From positions 1 through 63,190 of IMG/VR virus record IMGVR_UViG_3300035659_000010: a stretch of DNA of 63,190 bases. The stretch is one strand, 5' to 3'. The position numbers and the translations under genes are program-made. Each line of letters starts with the position of its first letter. Position 1 is the stretch's first letter. Of this stretch, positions 48,134 to 56,088 are shown piece after piece. The notes under the pieces were generated by a model. That model was not told where the DNA came from and did no database searches. It worked only from the letters and a program-made list of their open reading frames with translations. This DNA comes from a virus (lineage: Duplodnaviria > Caudoviricetes).

Positions 48134-48921
48134 CGTACAGAAGCAGTTCGACACATGCTCCGATGAGGGGCCTTGGCGCTCCTCTGCCTCTGTTGGACCC
48201 GGCCGCGATCGGGTATCTGATGAAGGCGTTTGTCAACGCTGGCGGCTGCACGCCGGCATTCCAGGCCAACCTGAAGGCTCAGGGTTGCTTGAACACGCAG
48301 GCCGTCCAGTGGCTCGGTTCGTGTTACCTCGGAAAGACCCCGCCCGGCGTGAACGATTGGGAGTTCGCGGCGGCGTGCCTCGCACTGGGCAAGTGCGGCG
48401 GGTTCGACATGATGGGGTGTCCTGGCGACGCCGACGCGATGATGGCGCAGGTCCCGTCGTGCCTCACTCCGGAGATGGCGGGCGAGTTCAGCCCCATCGT
48501 CGACTACTGCAGAGCGAACCCGACGTTCCAGGGTCCGAACAAGACTTTCAACGCTGCCTGCTGGAGCATGTCTCGCTACCCGACTCTGTTCCAGAAGGTG
48601 ATGAACACGCCGCTGTGCGCGGCTGCGATGCCGCCGCCGGTCACGGCTCCCGCGACGAATACGACGCCGCCGCTCGATACGACCTCGCAGGTGACGTACG
48701 ACTCGTACGCTCCGGATTCGAGCGCGACCACGGTACTGACGAACGACACCGTCGTGCCAGGATCCGACTGCGGTTCGCGAGGCCCGCACTTCGCCATCGA
48801 CCTGTCGACTGGAGAGTGTGTCGAGCACAAGCTAGCCATGTCGCCCGCCACGATGGCCATGTTCGGCGTCGGCGGGATCCTGGCGCTAGGTCTCGGGTAC
48901 ATGTTGCTGAAGAAGAAGTGA
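48130..48921 (+). CDS. Cys-rich tail-anchored protein
   Basis: MRGLG; many Cys; TM + KKK. Confidence 0.72.
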   Translation: MTYRSSSTHAPMRGLGAPLPLLDPAAIGYLMKAFVNAGGCTPAFQANLKAQGCLNTQAVQWLGSCYLGKTPPGVNDWEFAAACLALGKCGGFDMMGCPGDADAMMAQVPSCLTPEMAGEFSPIVDYCRANPTFQGPNKTFNAACWSMSRYPTLFQKVMNTPLCAAAMPPPVTAPATNTTPPLDTTSQVTYDSYAPDSSATTVLTNDTVVPGSDCGSRGPHFAIDLSTGECVEHKLAMSPATMAMFGVGGILALGLGYMLLKKK

Positions 48922-48924
48922 GCC

Positions 48925-49275
48925 ATGTCAACAGCCGATTACCCAACAGGAATACAAAGCGGCACCGGGCCTCCCCCCGTCATGGACACGTCATCGTCCA
49001 TGCCAGAAACTTCTGTAGTGCAGAAGTACTCGATCCAGATCATCAACGGGCTGGAGGCGGTACGCGCAGACGCTGTGGACGGACAAGGCAACGTCCAGGG
49101 TACGTCCTACGTGTATCCAGGCGATCCGTCCTACGCGAAGCTCTACACGACCGCGACGGGGCACGCGCCCACGCAGGGCTCTCTGGAGTTCTTCGGTCTG
49201 AGCAAGCCGGTCGTCTACGGAGTGGCAGCGGTGGTGGCGCTCGGGCTCGGCTACCTGCTCCTCAGAAAGAAGTGA
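48925..49275 (+). CDS. tail-anchored protein
   Basis: TM + RKK; tail ALGLGY like previous gene. Confidence 0.7.
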   Translation: MSTADYPTGIQSGTGPPPVMDTSSSMPETSVVQKYSIQIINGLEAVRADAVDGQGNVQGTSYVYPGDPSYAKLYTTATGHAPTQGSLEFFGLSKPVVYGVAAVVALGLGYLLLRKK

Positions 49276-49278
49276 GCC

Positions 49279-50004
49279 ATGTACCGCAGCATGACAGGGC
49301 TCGGGCTTCTGGAGTGGACCGGCACCGGCGTGAGGTCTGTCGGGACGCCGACCTGTGTCACGCAGGGTGAACTGGCCGAGGCGCAAGCGAAGTGCCCGCC
49401 GGAGTACCACAAGAGGCTCTCCGGCCTCGGGCTGACACCGACGGGTCCGATGTCGGGTCGACTCAGTCCCTTCTCGGCGTGCGCGGTGGCGGCGCTTCCG
49501 GTGTGTCCAGCGCCGAAGTGCATTGACCAGTACACGGCCGGATTGATCGCGGCGTGCGTCGCCGGCACCTCTACAAACCCGGACCTCGACTGCTCCTCGC
49601 TCTACGCCTACGCGCTGTCGCAGCTGCCGTACTGTCCCGGCGCTTCCGGGCTGCAGCCGGTGCCTAGATGTCTCTCTCCAGAACTGCTCGCGTTGCGCGA
49701 CTACTGCGCCAGCACGAACGGCAATGGAGCGAACAAGGGGATGAACGCTGTGTGCTGGGCAGCGATGCACGACCCGAGCTACTGGGCTCAGGCCATGGCT
49801 GCGAAGCCTTGCTACGAGCAAGCGTACGTGCCGCCTGTGACGTCCGCTCCGGAATCGACTCCGCAGCAGCTGCCCGCGGAGCAGCCGACAGTGGCGTACG
49901 TGCCGGAGAAGCAGGAAGCGTCGATGGCTGGCACGTGGGGGATCCTCGCTCTCCTCGCGGTGGCGGGCGGCGGCTATTACATGTACCGCCGGAACAAGAG
50001 GTGA
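49279..50004 (+). CDS. Cys-rich tail-anchored protein (paralog of 48130)
   Basis: MTGLG, LSGLG; VPRCLSPE..DYC..NKGMNAVCW; TM + RRNKR. Confidence 0.72.
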   Translation: MYRSMTGLGLLEWTGTGVRSVGTPTCVTQGELAEAQAKCPPEYHKRLSGLGLTPTGPMSGRLSPFSACAVAALPVCPAPKCIDQYTAGLIAACVAGTSTNPDLDCSSLYAYALSQLPYCPGASGLQPVPRCLSPELLALRDYCASTNGNGANKGMNAVCWAAMHDPSYWAQAMAAKPCYEQAYVPPVTSAPESTPQQLPAEQPTVAYVPEKQEASMAGTWGILALLAVAGGGYYMYRRNKR

Positions 50005-50007
50005 TCC

Positions 50008-50202
50008 GTGGCGACAAAAAGCAAAAAACCCAGGTCCACGACCGCAAAGAATCTCGACGCAATCTACGATGCTCTGTACGACGATCTGGACAGGCTCTGG
50101 AACGCGAGCGCGATCAGCGCCACAGAATACGATCGCCTGTACGGCAAGCTGAATGCGGGGATGAACAAATTGAGCGAAGTCGTCTCGGAGCTACACGGAT
50201 GA
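50008..50202 (+). CDS. small helical protein
   Basis: GAGGT RBS; DRLWN. Confidence 0.55.
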   Translation: MATKSKKPRSTTAKNLDAIYDALYDDLDRLWNASAISATEYDRLYGKLNAGMNKLSEVVSELHG

Positions 50203-50224
50203 ACATGTACCGGAGGAACAAGCA

Positions 50225-50431
50225 ATGAAACGCAGGAAGCACAGCGCCTACAATGCAATCGGCGCGAATTATCAGAAGGCGTTCGATCGTCTCTGGAACA
50301 TGGTTGGCGATCTGGAAGCAGATGGTCGGCTCACTGGCGCGAAAGCCAACGCCCTGTTCTTCTCGCTCGACAAGAACGCGAATCAGTTCAACGACCTGAT
50401 CAACAAAGTCGCGAAGGCGGCTAAGGCATGA
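50225..50431 (+). CDS. small helical protein
   Basis: GGAGG RBS; DRLWN. Confidence 0.6.
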   Translation: MKRRKHSAYNAIGANYQKAFDRLWNMVGDLEADGRLTGAKANALFFSLDKNANQFNDLINKVAKAAKA

Positions 50432-50658
50432 ACATGAACCTTGTCGGCATCGCAGGAGTTCCTGCGCAGGACATGTCCGGCAAGCTCGTCGGCGTGGGCG
50501 GCTGCGGCTGCAACGCTGGCATGGGAGCGTACGCGCGTCCGGTCGGTGAGACCTCCCCGACGCCAGAGCAGGCGCAGGCGTTCCGCTGGATAGCGGTCGG
50601 CCTGCTCGGCGTGGCGGCCATCGGTCTCTGGTGGATGGAGAGCCGGAGGCACGCTTGA
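50428..50658 (+). CDS. small tail-anchored protein
   Basis: GCGCNAGMGA; TM + RR. Confidence 0.65.
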   Translation: MNMNLVGIAGVPAQDMSGKLVGVGGCGCNAGMGAYARPVGETSPTPEQAQAFRWIAVGLLGVAAIGLWWMESRRHA

Positions 50659-50879
50659 TGGACAACATGCGCGCAGCAGCCGCGGCGGCGGACGCTCTCG
50701 GCCCGACGATGGACAACGTAGGCGGCCCTCTCGGCATCGTCGGCAGGGCCATCGGCCTCGGGGGTGACGAGATCGAGGCGGGCGTGCCCGGCTGGGCGTG
50801 GCTCGGCATCGGTGTCGTTGCTGGCGGGATCGCCATGTACTTCCTGCGGCCGCGGGTCGAGGCTTTCGTCGGGGACTGA
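50658..50879 (+). CDS. small tail-anchored protein
   Basis: AIGLG; TM + RPR. Confidence 0.65.
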   Translation: MDNMRAAAAAADALGPTMDNVGGPLGIVGRAIGLGGDEIEAGVPGWAWLGIGVVAGGIAMYFLRPRVEAFVGD

Positions 50880-50915
50880 GCCGGGGTACATTCCCTGGGA
50901 AGGATCGAGAATCAC

Positions 50916-52109
50916 ATGTCGCTAGGCGCATACTTCGGAAGCACCAAGATCACTCAGGGCGCTGGCGGCTTGGGCCAGGACGGACCGCTGCAGGCGTACG
51001 CGGACGGCATCGTTGGCGGCAACGCCCCGAGCGCCGAGAACCCAGGGCCACTGTTCGCGTACGCGGACGGCTCGCTCGGGGCTGCGCCGCTCCAGGCGTT
51101 CGCCGACGGCGTCGTCGGTGGCTCCTCGGCGAACCCAGACATGCCCGGTTCGTTGTTCGCCTACGAGGACGGCTCCCTCGGTCCGCTCTCGCGCGGGGCT
51201 CCGTACGCGGACGCTCCGGATGGCGGCGTCTTCGGTGGTGGTGGCGGTGGCGGATCTGCCGACGGTGGCAGCATCGAGATGGCCGATCATCCGGCGCCGG
51301 TGCTGGCCTACCAGGACGGCGTGTTCGGTGGGCGCGGCACATGCGGGCTCGGCGCTGTCGGCCCGCTCCGCGCGTACTCGGACGGCTCGCTCGGCAGCGA
51401 CGACGATGCCGGCGGGACTCCGATCTCCGTCTTCGGTCAAGGGATCTTTGGCGAGCACGGCGAGGGCATGAACCGGTTCGGTCCACTGCAGTCGTTCCAC
51501 GACGGATCGCTCGGCGCTGTCGGCGCGACCGCTCCCGGACTTGATCTCGGTGACGAACAGACGCTCATGGAATTGAAAGTGCTGCTCGGGATGAGCAGCG
51601 CGTTCGCGATGAGCCCGGAAGGTCAGAAGACCTATACGCCGGAGTGGTACCGAACCGGCATCTGGGAGCCGTCGGCGAGCGCGCTCTGGCAGTCGGTGGT
51701 GAATGCTCCCGAGCCGTACGGCCGCATGTTCGTGGGTCAGAAAGTGAGCGACGAGGAAGCGTCCCAGACCTGGCCGAACGGGACCGGGATCTTCATCATG
51801 TTCTCGACGCTGATGACGCCGGACGCTGGCTTCGCTGCCAGAAAAAAGGCGATGGAGGAGACTCTCCCGACGCTCTCGGGATGGTTCTCTGGCGCGACGG
51901 CCTTCGTGCAGGCGAAGACACAGTCGTGCAAGGAAGGGCAGACGTGCCCCTTTCCTTCGTTGCCTGTCCTGGGGCCGTACCTCTCTCTCACCGACAAGGT
52001 GAAGGGAGCGCACGCTGGGGGCTCTTCCAAGGCGAGCATGATGGCGTGGTACGGGCTCGGGGCTGCGGGCCTGCTCGGGCTCGCGCTCGTTTTTCGGAAG
52101 AAGCGCTGA
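50916..52109 (+). CDS. tail-anchored protein with N-terminal GPLxAYxDGxxG repeats
   Basis: about 7 repeats; TM + RKKR. Confidence 0.75.
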   Translation: MSLGAYFGSTKITQGAGGLGQDGPLQAYADGIVGGNAPSAENPGPLFAYADGSLGAAPLQAFADGVVGGSSANPDMPGSLFAYEDGSLGPLSRGAPYADAPDGGVFGGGGGGGSADGGSIEMADHPAPVLAYQDGVFGGRGTCGLGAVGPLRAYSDGSLGSDDDAGGTPISVFGQGIFGEHGEGMNRFGPLQSFHDGSLGAVGATAPGLDLGDEQTLMELKVLLGMSSAFAMSPEGQKTYTPEWYRTGIWEPSASALWQSVVNAPEPYGRMFVGQKVSDEEASQTWPNGTGIFIMFSTLMTPDAGFAARKKAMEETLPTLSGWFSGATAFVQAKTQSCKEGQTCPFPSLPVLGPYLSLTDKVKGAHAGGSSKASMMAWYGLGAAGLLGLALVFRKKR

Positions 52110-52119
52110 AGGAGATCAC

Positions 52120-52530
52120 ATGTACCGATCACAAGGAGCGATGGGCGAGTATTTCGCGGCACAGTCCGGCATGGGACAGTACGAGCAGGCTGCTGCCGGG
52201 ATGGGCGAGTACTTCGCGGCACAGGGCCTCGGTGGCCCGCTCGTGAACTGGGCGCGACAGGAAGAGGCCGAGGCCGGTCACGCAGGCATCTTCGGGCTCG
52301 GGGAGTACTTCGGAGCGAACGGTCTCGGCGAGATGCCTCCGCTGGACGCTGAGCAGAAGAAGAGCCTCGCGATGTACGCCGGTGGCGGTTTGGCCGTCGG
52401 TCTGCTCGGCGCGTACCTGATGAAGAAGACCAAGGCCAAGGGCCTCCTAGTCGGTGGCGGTCTGGGCACTGCGATCGGGCTCGGTGCGTTCTGGGCCCTC
52501 AAGATGCCGAACACGCTCTCGGCGACGTGA
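52120..52530 (+). CDS. membrane protein with GMGEYF repeats
   Basis: AAGGAG RBS; repeats shared with core protein C-terminus; 2 TM. Confidence 0.75.
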   Translation: MYRSQGAMGEYFAAQSGMGQYEQAAAGMGEYFAAQGLGGPLVNWARQEEAEAGHAGIFGLGEYFGANGLGEMPPLDAEQKKSLAMYAGGGLAVGLLGAYLMKKTKAKGLLVGGGLGTAIGLGAFWALKMPNTLSAT

Positions 52531-52832
52531 GCCATCCCCACTGGGAGGTCCCGATGATGTTCGCTGGAATGGGAGACGTCTCTGCGGAAACACCGGTGCC
52601 GGTGGTGCCGGGACCTATCGCTCCGCCAGCGCCGCCTCCGTCGCGTTCGGGCGCGCTCGCGCTCGACCTCGACGTCGTCGCTTTTTTTGCTGTCCCGGCG
52701 GCCATCGGTGCGGGAATTGGACGGATGGTTGGTAGCAAGCGCTACCTACGGAACGCTGCAATCGGGGCAGCGGTTCCTGTCGGGCTGGTCGCGTCTTATT
52801 TGGCGCTCGTCGCAATCACCGGCAAGACCTGA
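52527..52832 (+). CDS. small membrane protein (2 TM)
   Basis: FAGMGD; two hydrophobic segments. Confidence 0.6.
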   Translation: MSHPHWEVPMMFAGMGDVSAETPVPVVPGPIAPPAPPPSRSGALALDLDVVAFFAVPAAIGAGIGRMVGSKRYLRNAAIGAAVPVGLVASYLALVAITGKT

Positions 52833-52840
52833 AGCAGAGC

Positions 52841-53536
52841 ATGGACATCTTCGAGCGCCTCCGTCGTGCCACCGGGGACATCCCGTGGGACACGTTCGTG
52901 TCCGTCATGGCACAGAACCTCGGCGCGAACGGCGCGGCCGCGCAGGAGATCGTCGCTCAGCTGAAGGAGTGGGGCTCGCACCTCACGAAGAACGCGCTCT
53001 CGAAGTGGAGCGTGTCCGTCATGTCCCCGGTCGCGTGCGACTCGCCGGACGTGAGCAGCGGACGTCCGCAGACGTGTCCGTCGTTCGCGGTCGTGAAGTG
53101 CGACGTGTGCGGCCGCCCGTGCTGTCTGGCACATGCCCGCGTGGACTACATGGGCGACGCGATCTGCGAGGTCTGTATCGGCGAGGCGAAGGTGCGTCGC
53201 CGGACATCGTCTTGGGCTGATGGCGGTCCGACGCCGTACGCGCGCCCGCACGCTGGAGAGCCACGCGCTGAGCGCAAGGGTCGGGCTGAGCCCCCTCCGC
53301 CAGCGCAGAGCGCTCCGGGGGTTATGTCGCGCGCCGAAGCACTCCGCGTGCTCAAGCTGCCGAAGAACTCGACCTGGCTGCAGACGAAGACGCAGTACCG
53401 GAAGCTCGTCTTGAAGCACAACGCGGACCGCCCGCAGAGTGATGCGGAGCGCGAGAGGAACACCGAGCGCCTGAAGAAGATCAACGCGGCGTACTCGGTG
53501 CTCAAGGGACACTACGAGCAGAAGGCGGCGGCATGA
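52841..53536 (+). CDS. Zn-finger plus C-terminal J-like domain protein (HPD degenerate)
   Basis: CDVCGRPCCLAH..CEVC; EALRVLKL..YRKLVLKHNADR..LKKINAAYSVL. Confidence 0.8.
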   Translation: MDIFERLRRATGDIPWDTFVSVMAQNLGANGAAAQEIVAQLKEWGSHLTKNALSKWSVSVMSPVACDSPDVSSGRPQTCPSFAVVKCDVCGRPCCLAHARVDYMGDAICEVCIGEAKVRRRTSSWADGGPTPYARPHAGEPRAERKGRAEPPPPAQSAPGVMSRAEALRVLKLPKNSTWLQTKTQYRKLVLKHNADRPQSDAERERNTERLKKINAAYSVLKGHYEQKAAA

Positions 53537-54117
53537 ACACTCTCGATTCTGTGCGTATTCTTGTTACTGAAGAAGAGGCCCATCCCGGCGGCGGCAGACA
53601 TGCGTTCATCTCGTTCTACGGCGGGCTCAAGCTGAGTATCGTCGCCGGTCCCGATCAGTACTCGGCGCCAAGCCGCGCCCTTCCGGCTCTGGTGTTGTAC
53701 GACAGGGTGGAAGTGGCGATCGGCGGTCCTGGTAACAATTTCATCAGGCCGACTGAGGATAACCTACTGGCACATGGGCTGACGGCGCTCGTGCCGTACG
53801 CTGTCCAGAATGACGATGTGATGGCGTACGTGCCGATGGAGGCCGTACTGAGCGCGATCAGTGGAGCGTCGATGCTCAGCGAGGCGTTGGGGAATATGGA
53901 ACGCAACGCCCCGCGCCTCACAGGCCGATGCGCGCTCGCTAGAATCCCACGCATCCTCATTGAGCGTGCCGCCGAGAAGTCCGGTCTGCCTGTCTCGGAA
54001 ATCGAGTCCATGATCGTGGACAACGAAGTGATCGCGGAGAACGTAGAGGCGGGTCGCGAGATCACGCAACGCGATCTCAGCAACATGGTGGAAGCATATC
54101 TGGAGGGTCCGTTTTGA
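53533..54117 (+). CDS. hypothetical protein
   Basis: ATGA overlap. Confidence 0.6.
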   Translation: MNTLDSVRILVTEEEAHPGGGRHAFISFYGGLKLSIVAGPDQYSAPSRALPALVLYDRVEVAIGGPGNNFIRPTEDNLLAHGLTALVPYAVQNDDVMAYVPMEAVLSAISGASMLSEALGNMERNAPRLTGRCALARIPRILIERAAEKSGLPVSEIESMIVDNEVIAENVEAGREITQRDLSNMVEAYLEGPF

Positions 54118-54500
54118 GCTACCACGGCGTCGGTGCAGGCCCCGGACCGGTGAAGACCTACAAGGTCGACGCGCCGTTTCCGTGGGGCGTGAACACGGAG
54201 ATCAAGATCCCCGTGCAGCAGATGGCTGACGACTCGTACGCCGCGGTCTTGCCGCACATCCTGGAACTGGAAGGCAGGCTCATCGCCGACGTCGAGGACG
54301 AGATGGCCCGCGTCGTTCCAGACATGGTGCAACGGGTCATCAACGAGAACGTCCGCCCCGAGCTTGCGAAGCAGATGGAGATCGCTTTCGCGAAGGTGGA
54401 CATCGCCAAGGACGACGCGATCAAGGCCGCGGTCGGGATCGCTGCCGGGCTCGCCCTGGCCATCGGGCTCTCGGCCTGGTGGGTCAAGAAGGGCGGCTAG
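54114..54500 (+). CDS. tail-anchored protein
   Basis: YHGVGAGPG; TM + KK. Confidence 0.7.
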   Translation: MSYHGVGAGPGPVKTYKVDAPFPWGVNTEIKIPVQQMADDSYAAVLPHILELEGRLIADVEDEMARVVPDMVQRVINENVRPELAKQMEIAFAKVDIAKDDAIKAAVGIAAGLALAIGLSAWWVKKGG

Positions 54501-54503
54501 GGC

Positions 54504-54734
54504 ATGTACCGCGCGGTGGGAGCCGGTCCCGGCAAGACGATCACGTACCTCGTGGACCTCCCGCAGCCGTGGGGGAGGGACACCCAGGTGACCATTCCGG
54601 TCGACGCCCTGGTGGGTGATGCTCTGGTCGCCGCTCAGCCGAGCATGGACGCCGCGGTCATGCGGGGCGTCGTGGGCGTGGCCGCTGCCATGGTCCTGGC
54701 CGTCGGGCTCGGGGCCTGGTTGCTCCGCAGGTGA
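54504..54734 (+). CDS. tail-anchored protein (short paralog of 54114)
   Basis: VGAGPG..TY.VD.P.PWG shared; TM + RR. Confidence 0.7.
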   Translation: MYRAVGAGPGKTITYLVDLPQPWGRDTQVTIPVDALVGDALVAAQPSMDAAVMRGVVGVAAAMVLAVGLGAWLLRR

Positions 54735-54766
54735 CGCCGGGGGCTCGGCCAGGTAGACTCCGGCAC

Positions 54767-54949
54767 ATGCTGGCACCGAGGACCGAGTATTGGGACGAGC
54801 GGCTCGGTCGCAGCGTTGGCCCGCTCGATCCAGCGTACGATGCAGAACGCTTCGGGGCGCTCGTCGCGAGAGGAAGCTCCGACACCGCGACGACCGGGCG
54901 AGACACGGTCCCATGCCCGCCGCCACTTCCTGATGGAGACACACCATGA
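54767..54949 (+). CDS. small hypothetical protein
   Basis: TAGACT 7 nt before ATG; ATGA overlap. Confidence 0.45.
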   Translation: MLAPRTEYWDERLGRSVGPLDPAYDAERFGALVARGSSDTATTGRDTVPCPPPLPDGDTP

Positions 54950-55497
54950 GCTTCTGGAACGTACCTGATTCCGACTACGTCGAGCTTGCCGTGGCGACGC
55001 CCGGCTGGCAGACCGCGCCCGTGCCCGGCTGGGGCATCAACCCTCTGCGTGCGGGACCGATGCGCGTGGGCATCGGGCTCGGACAGAGCATCCCCGGAGA
55101 GGACGACTTCCTCCCGCACTGGGCAGCGCTCGGGGCGGATCCGGAGGCGGCGTACAAGGAGACGTCGTGGGGCGTCGTCGCCGGAGCCGCCGCGCTCGGT
55201 ATCGGGCTCGGGCTCCTCTTCGGCTACGGCTGGTGGGGCGGCAAGAGGCTCACGCCGAACAAGAGTCGTCGTCGCTCCAGACGGAAAGGCGGCAAGATGC
55301 GGAGGAACGGTTACATCTCGTCTCAAGGATGGGGAGTGGTGTCCGCCGGCCAGTTCGATCCGGTCACAGGAGAAGCGTACCGGGTGCCGCACGTCCGAGC
55401 CAGGTCGAGGGCGAACGATTGGTCGGCACCGGCGTATCCGGACACGAAGGCCGGGCTGCGGCGCCTTATCAACGACGCGAACGCCGGCCGATTCTGA
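54946..55497 (+). CDS. membrane protein with basic C-terminal extension
   Basis: IGLGQ; TM; LTPNKSRRR, MRRNG. Confidence 0.7.
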   Translation: MSFWNVPDSDYVELAVATPGWQTAPVPGWGINPLRAGPMRVGIGLGQSIPGEDDFLPHWAALGADPEAAYKETSWGVVAGAAALGIGLGLLFGYGWWGGKRLTPNKSRRRSRRKGGKMRRNGYISSQGWGVVSAGQFDPVTGEAYRVPHVRARSRANDWSAPAYPDTKAGLRRLINDANAGRF

Positions 55498-55796
55498 TGC
55501 GCACGAACACCCACCTGTCGCCGGAGCAGTACATCGACGAGGACGATCTCGGCGATCTGCTCACTGAAGAACTGAACCACGCAGCGAGCGAAGCCCTGGG
55601 ACATGACGCCGTCGTGGTCTTCTTCAACGAAGGCCGCTCGGGACTCGTCGGTTACGAGGTCCGAGAGGGCGACCGGCACGTGCGGATCGACGGCGGTCAC
55701 GCGAACGTGCTGGAGGCGATCATCGCTTTCGACGAGTGGTGCGAGCGCGAGTCGGACGACGAGGACGATCTCGACGACGACGAGCCCGAGGACTGA
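55497..55796 (+). CDS. acidic hypothetical protein
   Basis: TGATG overlap. Confidence 0.6.
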   Translation: MRTNTHLSPEQYIDEDDLGDLLTEELNHAASEALGHDAVVVFFNEGRSGLVGYEVREGDRHVRIDGGHANVLEAIIAFDEWCERESDDEDDLDDDEPED

Positions 55797-55799
55797 CGC

Positions 55800-56075
55800 A
55801 TGCACGGCTACGTGGGCTTCCAGCGAGCGACAGGCCAGGTGGACACCCGCATGGCCGTCGTCACGTGCCCCGAGTGCACGTATCTCAGCGATGGCGACTG
55901 CGTCGTCTGCGTTGGCCCCGACGATCACCCGTCATGTGACGGCTGTCGCGACGGTCGTGTCGTCTGGTACCGTCGCCCATTATTCATCTCGGTCACGACG
56001 GCCGTGGTGGTCTCGCTCATAGCCGGCATTGTCGTGAGGAAGATTCAGAAGCACTCAAAGTTGTTCTCAGACTGA
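55800..56075 (+). CDS. Cys-rich small membrane protein
   Basis: three CxxC then TM + RK. Confidence 0.65.
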   Translation: MHGYVGFQRATGQVDTRMAVVTCPECTYLSDGDCVVCVGPDDHPSCDGCRDGRVVWYRRPLFISVTTAVVVSLIAGIVVRKIQKHSKLFSD

Positions 56076-56088
56076 ACAGGAATCGCAC

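Noticed and set aside
27741-55497. Known sorting signals (LPXTG, PEP-CTERM, GlyGly-CTERM, MYXO-CTERM)
   Set aside because: TM plus basic tail is similar, but signature motifs are not consistently adjacent to the TM, signal peptides are not evident, and no sortase-type gene is seen.
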